From Verrucomicrobiota bacterium (GTDB lineage: Bacteria; Verrucomicrobiota; Verrucomicrobiia; Chthoniobacterales; UBA6821), in assembly GCA_008932965.1 (NCBI GenBank), contig WBXG01000003.1:19193-51192 (forward strand): DNA of 32,000 nucleotides, written 5' to 3'. Below the pieces are notes generated by a model, which saw only the letters and a list, made by a program, of their open reading frames with translations, had not been told where the DNA came from and did no database searches. Positions 17,725-26,001 of the stretch are shown here, in pieces (positions within the stretch are counted from its first letter, which is position 1; the number at the start of each line of letters is the position of its first letter). The translations under genes and the position numbers were made by a program.

Positions 17725-18893
17725 GTGAAGATTCCCAATCAACTCAACCAGCCTTATTGAGCACGACTCATTCGTGGAGCAATTTCCTATCACATCCGAA
17801 TATTATTCATTTTATTTTTCGAGCTATCATTCTTCTGACGGTGCTTATTGGTATCATCAAAGTGTGGGATAACATTCAAACTTTTCCTCGTACTGACGAT
17901 GCTGAAATTGTGGCAAATACAGTCGGTGTTGCTGCTCAAGTTGGAGGAACTATTGTGGAGCTTCATGTGGTGGATAATCAAAAAGTCAAACGAGGTGATC
18001 TTATTATGACCCTCGACTCACGCCCTTATGAAGCAGAGGCAGCACGCGCCAAAGCTAAATTAGAACTCGTCTGCAGTGAGGTCAAGGGACTCGAGCAGCA
18101 AATACATGCAGCCAAAGCCACATTGCGTGATCGAGAAGCACAAGCATCCTATGCTGTCATGCATTACGAACGATTAAAACCACTCCTAGAAGGTAACTTT
18201 GCTTCTGCCGATCAAGTTCAACAGGCCCAATCCTACGCAGAAAGCACCACTGCCTTAGTTCGTGAATCAGAAGCGCTCGTGGAGCAAGCTGTCTATAACC
18301 TGGCCGAAGTAAATGGAAAAAATACCCATATTGAAGAGGCCGAGGCAGAACTTTGGAATGCAGAACTTCATGTCTCTTACTGCAAGATTTATGCTTCCTG
18401 TGATGGCTATATTACAAATCTTAAGATTGCTCCTGGTTCCTATGCTGGAAAAGGGGAACAACTCTTTACTATTGTTGATTCAAGTATTTGGTATGTTCTT
18501 GCCAACTTTCGGGAAATTGACATTCATCATGTTAAAGAGGGCCAAAGCGCTCGAGTTTATTTAATGGCAAAACGTCACACTCCTATTTCTGGCATTGTCC
18601 AAGGAATTTCACGAGGAGTCTTTCCTTACGTTGGAGCCTCACGCAATACTGCGGGAGAAGGAGGCGTTCTTGCTGTGGTTCCCCCAACCTTTGATTTTAT
18701 TCAATTAGCAACACGTTTTCCTATTCGTATTGTGCTTCAAGAACAGGAGAAGGGCGATTTTCGCCTAGGGGGTAAGGCCTCAGTGATTATTGATACACGC
18801 ACAACCCCTTTTGGAAACCAATTGAAATTACTTCAGGAACCCGATTTTGTCCCTTTTGTCCCTCCACTTTTTAATAAAGAAAAGGAGCTATGA
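17721..18893 (+). CDS. HlyD/EmrA/AaeA-family membrane fusion (periplasmic adaptor) protein
   Basis: TDDAEIVANTVGVAAQVGGTIVELHVVDNQKVKRGDLIMTLD lipoyl-like motif, a coiled-coil segment and a beta-barrel C-terminus. The start is placed at the ATG at 17721 (MSEDSQ...), because the longer ORF from 17559 overlaps the preceding gene. Confidence 0.85.
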   Translation: MSEDSQSTQPALLSTTHSWSNFLSHPNIIHFIFRAIILLTVLIGIIKVWDNIQTFPRTDDAEIVANTVGVAAQVGGTIVELHVVDNQKVKRGDLIMTLDSRPYEAEAARAKAKLELVCSEVKGLEQQIHAAKATLRDREAQASYAVMHYERLKPLLEGNFASADQVQQAQSYAESTTALVRESEALVEQAVYNLAEVNGKNTHIEEAEAELWNAELHVSYCKIYASCDGYITNLKIAPGSYAGKGEQLFTIVDSSIWYVLANFREIDIHHVKEGQSARVYLMAKRHTPISGIVQGISRGVFPYVGASRNTAGEGGVLAVVPPTFDFIQLATRFPIRIVLQEQEKGDFRLGGKASVIIDTRTTPFGNQLKLLQEPDFVPFVPPLFNKEKEL

Positions 18894-19915
18894 GTTCACT
18901 CAAAGCAACAGTTAACAACGAGGCAACTACCTTCGCTCTCTCTGCTGCTTTTGGAACCTCTATTACCGTCTTCATTGTAGAAGCATTACATGTTCCTAAT
19001 GCTTACATTGCACTCAGCTTGTCGGCCTCCCTCTCGCTCCTGCCAGTCCCATCGTTTCAAGGTTTTCTTTTTCGTATAGGATCTGTCACTTTAGGAGTGA
19101 TTAGTGCTGTGCTACTGATGACGCTACTCTCAGAGTCACCTTGGGTTTATTTTTTCTTGATAGGGTTCATCAGTGCAGTTGGGTATATTTTTTTTTTAAA
19201 TCGTTTGGGTACAGGTACAGCATACGCATTTAGTGCTTATTTTGCAGCGATGTGTATTGAGGCCATTTTTGGCATTTCATCTAGCGATGTAGTCATGGAT
19301 GCTCTTCAATTATTATCTCAATCAATTATTCCAATCATCGTCACCTATGGAGTGGGTCTGATTTTACAAAGAACATTGATTGCCACAAATAATCCCTCCT
19401 TGCGCTCCCCTCTTGCTAGTGTCATTAGCATTGCTCTTGTTGTTTTCACCTCCATTATTGTCGCTCTTTCTATTAAGACAGGTGAATCTACCCGGCTTAT
19501 GATTGCTAGCATTGCTGGCATAACCAATCTAGAACTCGAGCGCTCTAAAGAAGCATTTGCAAAAAAAATGGTAGGGTATGTTTTGGGAGCAATAATTTCG
19601 ATTTCCTATATTGTCGCTTTTGTGGCATGGACCAATGATTTTGGCATTTATCTTCTTAGCCTAGGCTGCCTCTTTGGATTTTTTGAGTGGTTAGCTCACT
19701 ACTATGTTTCACAACAATTACTATTTCGTGCCATCAGCACCATGTTTTCTTACTCGGTGCTCATGCTACCTGCACCTGATAGTAACTTACATGTTAGCTT
19801 GGAGCGAGTTGTCTCGAGCTTGATTGGTTTTTCTATTTCAATTGCTATTTTTCTTCTCATGGAAGAAGCACAAAAAATAACCCAATTTATGATTCACCCC
19901 AAGAGACAGGAATGA
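18890..19915 (+). CDS. Polytopic inner-membrane protein, FUSC/ArAE-like (putative efflux component)
   Basis: 341-aa ORF with about 10 hydrophobic segments. Sits in the position of aaeB after the adaptor gene, with an ATGA overlap at 18890-18893. About half the length of AaeB. Family assignment is tentative. Confidence 0.45.
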   Translation: MSSLKATVNNEATTFALSAAFGTSITVFIVEALHVPNAYIALSLSASLSLLPVPSFQGFLFRIGSVTLGVISAVLLMTLLSESPWVYFFLIGFISAVGYIFFLNRLGTGTAYAFSAYFAAMCIEAIFGISSSDVVMDALQLLSQSIIPIIVTYGVGLILQRTLIATNNPSLRSPLASVISIALVVFTSIIVALSIKTGESTRLMIASIAGITNLELERSKEAFAKKMVGYVLGAIISISYIVAFVAWTNDFGIYLLSLGCLFGFFEWLAHYYVSQQLLFRAISTMFSYSVLMLPAPDSNLHVSLERVVSSLIGFSISIAIFLLMEEAQKITQFMIHPKRQE

Positions 19916-20982
19916 TCAGACTATTTTTTTTAAAAAGAAGAACTCCACCTTCTGTTCTTCAACTTTTTACAAGGCAGTTAGCTCTTCTGCTTGAAGCAGG
20001 ATTACCCCTTTTGCGTGCATTGGAAATTTTAGCACGACAAGAGCCTCATCCTTTTTTTAGGAAGACACTACTTGAGGTTATAAAAAACATCCAAAGCGGT
20101 AGCACCTTAAGTGAATCCTTAGAGTTGCACCCTCGTCTTTTTTCATCTTTGTATCTCACGATGATTCGAGCAGGAGAAATGAGTGCTATGCTTGGTACCG
20201 TCTTAAGTAGATTGGTCTCTTTCCAAGAGAAGATGCAAAAAATCAAAAATAAAATGAGCTCGATACTTGTATATCCAACTCTTGTATTCATGATGACACT
20301 GCTCACGGTCATTTTTCTAGTCACCTTCATTATTCCGAAATTTGAACTTGTTTTTTCTGAGGCATTAGAAGGAGGAACACTCCCGCCGCTCACCCATTGT
20401 GTACTCGAAGTAAGTCGTTATGGAGGGAGTCACTGTGAGCTCATTGCCTTGTTGATTGGAATCCTTTTTATAGCATTTAGAATTGCATGGATTTTAGAAT
20501 CTCCTCGTAGATTCCTAGATCGAGCTTTTTTATATTTTCCTCTCTTAGGGGAATTATTCAAAAAACATTTTATTGCCCAATGTTTTAATACCCTTGGGAC
20601 ATTAATGCTGCATCGTGTTCCCCCACTCGAAGCACTCCAGATCACTCAAACAATTTCGGATAATAGAGCCATTCAGGGTGCAATGAAGATGATCCATCAG
20701 AGCCTTCAAGCTGGTGATTCAATGATTTATCCACTCCAAGCCAGCAATCTTTTCCCACCGATGGTGATGAGCATGGTGGCTGTAGGTGAGGAAACTGGCC
20801 AGCTTCCTGAAATGCTCCTTCAGGTGGCAACCCTCTATGAACAAGAAGTTGATCATCGTACAACACAACTGATGGCTTTGATAGAACCTCTGCTCCTTCT
20901 CCTTCTTGCTTGTTTGGTAGGCACTGTTGTCATTGCTCTTTTTTTACCGCTCATGACAATGATTGGTAGCATGGGAGGATAA
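19912..20982 (+). CDS. Type II secretion / type IV pilus platform protein family (GspF/PilC-like), N-terminally short
   Basis: Two T2SSF-type repeats with LLEAGLPLLRALEIL and FPPMVMSMVAVGEETGQLPEML signatures. ATGA overlap with the preceding gene at 19912-19915. Confidence 0.85.
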   Translation: MIRLFFLKRRTPPSVLQLFTRQLALLLEAGLPLLRALEILARQEPHPFFRKTLLEVIKNIQSGSTLSESLELHPRLFSSLYLTMIRAGEMSAMLGTVLSRLVSFQEKMQKIKNKMSSILVYPTLVFMMTLLTVIFLVTFIIPKFELVFSEALEGGTLPPLTHCVLEVSRYGGSHCELIALLIGILFIAFRIAWILESPRRFLDRAFLYFPLLGELFKKHFIAQCFNTLGTLMLHRVPPLEALQITQTISDNRAIQGAMKMIHQSLQAGDSMIYPLQASNLFPPMVMSMVAVGEETGQLPEMLLQVATLYEQEVDHRTTQLMALIEPLLLLLLACLVGTVVIALFLPLMTMIGSMGG

Positions 20983-21023
20983 CGAGCACCAGAGGACGCA
21001 GCAATGCGGGGCACTAACTATTT

Positions 21024-21650
21024 TTAGAATGCTCTAGATAAGTTCTTCCAACCTCGAATTACCATCTGAGACCATGTCTCAAATTCTTCAATCTTTTCAA
21101 GTAGTTCCTCATACGTAAAGAATCCCAATTCAGCGATCGCTGCTTCCCTCGCTGATACATCCTCTGAAAGAAGAGCACAATGGTGGATCACTCCAAGATG
21201 AACTGCCCCGACAGGATTGGAATCATCATTTAGGAGAGCAATGGGTTTGATGGGAGTTGTGGAAAGAAAAGAAAGTAAATTCAACTCTTCTTGGAGCTCC
21301 CGCCGCAAGGCTCGCTCATAAGCTGCTGCATCGAAGTGGCTCCCTTCACTATCTTCATCGTTGATATGTCCTCCAATACCGAGAGAACGTTTTTTCAAAA
21401 GACGCTTCTCCCCAGAGCCACTCCCACGTTGATATTGAAGAATACGATCACCACAGGTAAGCACAATATAAGGAATAATCTGCTTAAAAGCAGGATCCTC
21501 TTCTGCCTTCGTCCGTGGTAAAAAAGAGTGATGAAGGGGATTTAAGAAAAGGGGCAAATAATCTTCAATGTTGGAATGAAGCCCCTGAAAGGAACCTAAC
21601 TGATCAAAAAGAGAACGAGGGATCACCAAAACTTTTTCTTGAGAACTCAT
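21024..21650 (-). CDS. NUDIX-fold protein with atypical Nudix-box spacing
   Basis: 208-aa ORF. GGHINDE...RRELQEELNL resembles GX5EX7REUXEEXGU but has a longer spacer. Confidence 0.45.
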   Translation of the reverse strand: MSSQEKVLVIPRSLFDQLGSFQGLHSNIEDYLPLFLNPLHHSFLPRTKAEEDPAFKQIIPYIVLTCGDRILQYQRGSGSGEKRLLKKRSLGIGGHINDEDSEGSHFDAAAYERALRRELQEELNLLSFLSTTPIKPIALLNDDSNPVGAVHLGVIHHCALLSEDVSAREAAIAELGFFTYEELLEKIEEFETWSQMVIRGWKNLSRAF

Positions 21651-21740
21651 AAATCGAGAAGCCTAATGATTAACTCATATTTGAAAAGTTTAAAAGAATA
21701 CCGATGCGAAATGCCCTGTTGCCTCATAAGTTTTGATACT

Positions 21741-21780
21741 CTAGCCCGCATATTTCATACTGAAGTGTCATGAGGCGCTA
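21741..21780. repeat. Truncated repeat-family copy E (left arm only)
   Basis: 21742-21778 is identical over 37 nt to 17245-17281 (TAGCCCGCATATTTCATACTGAAGTGTCATGAGGCGC). Similarity ends at CTAA (21778-21781), which contains the mutL stop codon. Confidence 0.85.
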
Positions 21781-23616
21781 ACACCGAAATTTTTGCTCTA
21801 TCTCTGCTTCTGAAAACTGAAGCATGGTTGGGCGTCCTGAAGGAGTAGCATAAGGAAATTCACATTTTATAAGATCGCCCAAGAGCATCATTGCAGTTGT
21901 CTCGTCATAGGCTATTTTTTGGGCCTTTGCGGTCATACGACTTATTGAACGAGCAAGGGCCTCTTCACTCATCCTGATTCCTTGAAGGACTGGATCTTTG
22001 GTTTTGGCCTCTTCACTTTGGATATCACTCATGAGCTCATGCACGAGCTGTGTTACTGGGACCTCTTTGAGCAATACTGGAATTGTGTCAATCTTGATAC
22101 TTTTACTAGCATGTCCTGTGGCTCCTTGTCCAAAAGCCTCAACTTCTAAACCTGCTTTTTCCAAAAAAGCCTGATGCGCCATGATCCAGGCACATTGAGA
22201 AGCCGAAACCTCAATGATTTCAGAAAGCAGAAGCTGTTGACGTTCCAACATCCCAGAAGCCAATGAGCCTTTCAACCTCTCATAGGTAATTCGTTCTAAT
22301 GCTGCACGCACCTCAACAAGAGTAAAACCATCCCCTTCCTCCAGCACAAAATAGCGCTCTGCGATTGATCCCACATAACGATATGGGGGGGGTTCACAAG
22401 AACCTGATCCCTGATGCTCCAAAAGTGCATCGGCAGAGGGCTGTTTATTTTGATCCTCTGTTTCAGGAGGAAAAGAGATATTTTTTTCTTGTACAAAAGT
22501 GGAACCATCTTCAACCAATGCAGGTTGAATCACAGGCAAAAAGGGGTGTACAGCATCAGATCTTACCATCGAATAGGGCCTGCCCATTTCTTGCAGTGGC
22601 AGAGGAGTGGTCACTCGAGCATAGTTTCCCATGACTTCTTGAGCAGCACGCAAGAGAGCTACCTTGATCTTTCCTGGCTCTTGAAAACGAACTTCTCGCT
22701 TCGCAGGATGCACATTACAATCGACTATCGCAGGGTCCATTTGAAAAAAAAGAACCGCCTGCGGATGGAGTCCTTTAGGCAAAATACCATCACAGGCTTC
22801 ACGCAACCCCATTGATAAAAGAGGACTACGCACCATGCGTCCATTGATAAAAAAAAGTTGTTGAGAGCGATCAGAACGGCCCTCCCCAGGTCGGGCTAAA
22901 AAACCATGAACGTTGATTTCCTCGACCTCGATGTGTTGGACTTCAGTCATACCTTGTAAAAAAGAGCTTCCATACAAATCACGTAAACGTACTGCTAATG
23001 AATTTGTAGCTGCTAAGCGAAATACCTCTCGTTCTTCATGGAGGCAGGTGAAGGCAATCTCGGGATGGGCAACAGCTAATATTTGAAGCTGTTCAAGAAG
23101 ATGTGCCGTCTCGGTCTTTTCACTTTTTAAAAATTTACGTCGTGCAGGGACATTATAAAAAAGATCCTTAACCTCAATCTGAGTGCCATAAGCTTGTCCA
23201 GAATCAGAAACACCGACGATTTTTCCTCCATCAACAATAACCTCAGTTCCAGCAAGAGAGTCCTCCGTACGAGGACGTGTGCTCAAACGAAAACGAGAAA
23301 CACTTGCAATACTGGGGACCGCTTCTCCTCGAAACCCAAGGGTTCCAATCACAGAGAGATCTTCTAGCGTTCGTATTTTACTCGTAGCATGACGTTCTAA
23401 CGATAAAAGAGCATCGGAGCGATCCATGCCACAACCATCATCGCTGATTCGAATCACTTTAAGGCCACCCTGAGCGAAGAGGACTTCAATACGTTGAGCT
23501 CCAGCATCAATGCTATTCTCAACAAGTTCTTTTAAGACCGAAGCAGGACGCTCAACAACTTCCCCAGCCGCTACCTGACTAGCTACAAGATCACTTAGAA
23601 GACGAATAGAACCCAT
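21778..23616 (-). CDS. mutL: DNA mismatch repair protein MutL
   Basis: GHKL ATPase N-terminus IRLLSDLVASQVAAGEVVERPASVLKELVENSIDAG, starting at the ATG at 23616. The longer TTG-initiated ORF to 23691 runs into repeat copy F. The C-terminal dimerisation domain is present. Confidence 0.9.
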   Translation of the reverse strand: MGSIRLLSDLVASQVAAGEVVERPASVLKELVENSIDAGAQRIEVLFAQGGLKVIRISDDGCGMDRSDALLSLERHATSKIRTLEDLSVIGTLGFRGEAVPSIASVSRFRLSTRPRTEDSLAGTEVIVDGGKIVGVSDSGQAYGTQIEVKDLFYNVPARRKFLKSEKTETAHLLEQLQILAVAHPEIAFTCLHEEREVFRLAATNSLAVRLRDLYGSSFLQGMTEVQHIEVEEINVHGFLARPGEGRSDRSQQLFFINGRMVRSPLLSMGLREACDGILPKGLHPQAVLFFQMDPAIVDCNVHPAKREVRFQEPGKIKVALLRAAQEVMGNYARVTTPLPLQEMGRPYSMVRSDAVHPFLPVIQPALVEDGSTFVQEKNISFPPETEDQNKQPSADALLEHQGSGSCEPPPYRYVGSIAERYFVLEEGDGFTLVEVRAALERITYERLKGSLASGMLERQQLLLSEIIEVSASQCAWIMAHQAFLEKAGLEVEAFGQGATGHASKSIKIDTIPVLLKEVPVTQLVHELMSDIQSEEAKTKDPVLQGIRMSEEALARSISRMTAKAQKIAYDETTAMMLLGDLIKCEFPYATPSGRPTMLQFSEAEIEQKFRC

Positions 23617-23672
23617 AAAGAGAAAGGGTAAAGCGTCAAGGTTAAAGCGTAAAGAGTTGTTTAAACTATCCG

Positions 23673-23857
23673 TTAGCCCGCCTATTTCCAACTAATTGTG
23701 ACGAGGAAGCCGCGAAGGCTGATGGGATAAGGCGAATGAAGGATTGTGATGCTGGGCTGTAGAAGTCCCTATCACCTCAATCACCATTCAAGACCAATGC
23801 AGTAACAATGAGCTTTCCACAAGCCGTAATAAATTTAGTATGAAATATGCGGGTTAA
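23673..23857 (+). mobile_element. MITE-like repeat, copy F (185 bp)
   Basis: Ends TTAGCCCGCCTATTTCC... and ...GTATGAAATATGCGGGTTAA. Central stem GGATTGTGAT 23741-23750 / ATCACCATTC 23780-23789. The right half is near-identical to copy G. Confidence 0.9.
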
Positions 23858-23886
23858 GTATTCACCATCTTTGAAACATAACAACA

Positions 23887-24237
23887 ATGATAGAAATCAC
23901 ACCAGAGGCTGCAAAACATATATGCCAACTTGTTGCAGAAAAAAAAAGTAATGAGTCCCAAGGCCTCCGTCTTGCCATCGAAAAAGGAGGGTGTGCTGGC
24001 CTTCAATATATCATGACGCTTGAAACGGCACACAAAGAGGACCTAATTATCACCCAAGAGGGAGCACTCATTTTTATAGATGCTCCGAGCGTTGCACAAC
24101 TTGACAATTGCATCCTTGGCTATGAGGAGGGATTAACAGGAAGTGGCTTTCGTATCCTTAATCCCCAAGCGGTTCGCAGCTGTGGTTGTGGCACTTCTTT
24201 TGAACCCAAAGAAAAAACTAGCAGAAGTCATGAATGA
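23887..24237 (+). CDS. HesB/IscA/ErpA-family iron-sulfur cluster insertion protein
   Basis: 116-aa ORF with GCAGLQY and the C-terminal CGCGTSF cysteine motif. Confidence 0.85.
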   Translation: MIEITPEAAKHICQLVAEKKSNESQGLRLAIEKGGCAGLQYIMTLETAHKEDLIITQEGALIFIDAPSVAQLDNCILGYEEGLTGSGFRILNPQAVRSCGCGTSFEPKEKTSRSHE

Positions 24238-24322
24238 TGAGTAAGAATCCGTCATGATCTTTGGCATTTAAAAAATATTTTCATCAGTGATTGATTATTT
24301 ATGATCTCTACTCGTTTGTTCC

Positions 24323-25966
24323 ATGTCCTTTAGGCATTATCGTAACTTCTCCTCTTCTGTCCAAAGACGTGCTTTGCCTCATGGAGTTGATAGTATATTT
24401 GGTTGGACAATTTTTATTTTTTTACTCATTGGATTTACCCTTTTTTGTTGGATGGGGAGTTTTTATATTTTTGGACATCCTGAAAAAGCGGGCAACTATC
24501 ATCTTCTTAAACGCCTGCACAAACTCGAGGAACCTCAACGCTTTCAGATTACTGCTGCACCGCGCGGAGAGTTTTTAAAACCATCGCAACTGTTAAAACG
24601 CTATGGAGTATTATCTCCCACCGATGTCAAACGACTTAACGAAACCCTTTTCCGTAATTTTCTTCGTAATTATCATCAAACAAAAGAACTTGTTCCCTAT
24701 GTGACTGGGACTTACAAGGTGCTTATGGTACTACCTCTCACAAAGAAAAATATTTTTTTTCCAGGAGTCGTGACTCTTCTACAGTCGATGGAAGAGCCTG
24801 AAGTTTTCTTAGAGCAAGTTTTTACAAGCAATCTTAACAATCTCCCAGCTTTAGAGGCCTCACTCTCTCAAGGCCAAGAAATAAAATTAGAGAAGCCACT
24901 GGATCTTTCAGCCATGATTTTTTTAGATCAGCTTCCTGAGGGACGCCTCAAGTTTACCACAATGCCACTCCTCTATGGGACCTATGGCACTCGAGAGAAT
25001 AGTAAAATCACATTTTCATTAGAGCCCCCTGAAAACCTTAATATTGAAGGAGGGCTTCCTATTCTCACTAGAAAACAATTAGAACCTCTAAATCATGTAC
25101 TCGATGTTGAAGCTCAAAAATTTAATTTCCTGGACTCAGATAAACCCTCCACCGCCGATACTAACTCCACACAGTCGGCAAATACCGCTCTTATACGAAT
25201 TACTGAAGAACAATCAACACCAATTACAGCCAAAGTTCCTCAGGTTATTCCAGGACAACCTCAACCCTCTTCCACGATTGTTAAAAAGCCTTCACAAGCC
25301 ATTAGCATTCCTAAAGCTATTCCGGTAAATGCTCCCCCAACCCTTCCTGCCATTGCTCTGAGCTCCAATACCCCTTCCAAAGTCTCTTCAGAGACACCTC
25401 CCGTTGCTATTTCCCTAGGTATTCCAGAAAAGCAGACAGTGACTCCTATTGCAACGATGGCTTCTCCCACCCCAGCCATCGCCTCTACTCCCACCCCTAC
25501 AGCCTTATCAACGCTAATTACTGCTCCCGATACAACACTCTCCTCCGAAAGTATCTCTTCACCAGTTACTCCTTTGACTACTCCTGTACCAATGAATGCC
25601 ACTAATAGTATGTGGCCACTCTACGAAGCAGGAAAAATGCCGCGGGGTCGGCTTCTGAGTCCTACAGAATTCTCTACGCTTGCAGAACAAGGATTCACCG
25701 GAGAACGTCTCTACTTAATAGGAGATTTTACAGTGACTGCATCAGGGGAGCACCGTGCAGTACTGCGTTATCGATTGCCATCCAGTGATCTTCCAATAGG
25801 TCGTATAGGAAAAATTAGAATCATTGTTGAATATCCTCCAGAAACGCGTCCTCCAGAAACGGGCACATCACTTTCTCAAGACCGCTTACATCCCCTCATG
25901 GTTACAGATGTGAAAAAAGAGAAAGAGGGAACAATGAATATTTATCTACGTTCCATCACAAAGTAG
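24323..25966 (+). CDS. Membrane-anchored hypothetical protein with a Pro/Thr/Ser-rich linker
   Basis: 547-aa ORF. Single N-terminal TM segment (IFGWTIFIFLLIGFTLFCWMGSFYIF). Low-complexity P/T/S/A segment, approximately residues 270-430. Structured N- and C-terminal regions. No motif recognised. Confidence 0.6.
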   Translation: MSFRHYRNFSSSVQRRALPHGVDSIFGWTIFIFLLIGFTLFCWMGSFYIFGHPEKAGNYHLLKRLHKLEEPQRFQITAAPRGEFLKPSQLLKRYGVLSPTDVKRLNETLFRNFLRNYHQTKELVPYVTGTYKVLMVLPLTKKNIFFPGVVTLLQSMEEPEVFLEQVFTSNLNNLPALEASLSQGQEIKLEKPLDLSAMIFLDQLPEGRLKFTTMPLLYGTYGTRENSKITFSLEPPENLNIEGGLPILTRKQLEPLNHVLDVEAQKFNFLDSDKPSTADTNSTQSANTALIRITEEQSTPITAKVPQVIPGQPQPSSTIVKKPSQAISIPKAIPVNAPPTLPAIALSSNTPSKVSSETPPVAISLGIPEKQTVTPIATMASPTPAIASTPTPTALSTLITAPDTTLSSESISSPVTPLTTPVPMNATNSMWPLYEAGKMPRGRLLSPTEFSTLAEQGFTGERLYLIGDFTVTASGEHRAVLRYRLPSSDLPIGRIGKIRIIVEYPPETRPPETGTSLSQDRLHPLMVTDVKKEKEGTMNIYLRSITK

Positions 25967-26001
25967 AGAGGAAGTAATTGTAGAAGCTTGATACCCTATT
26001 T

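Noticed and set aside
23617-23691. TTG-initiated 25-codon N-terminal extension of mutL
   Set aside because: The extension begins inside repeat copy F. The conserved MutL N-terminus starts right after the ATG at 23616.
23841-23857. Mini-ORF in the repeat terminus (ATG AAA TAT GCG GGT TAA)
   Set aside because: The frame is not conserved. Other copies read ATG AAA TAG or differ in sequence, and there is no ribosome-binding site. It is most simply a by-product of the terminal motif.
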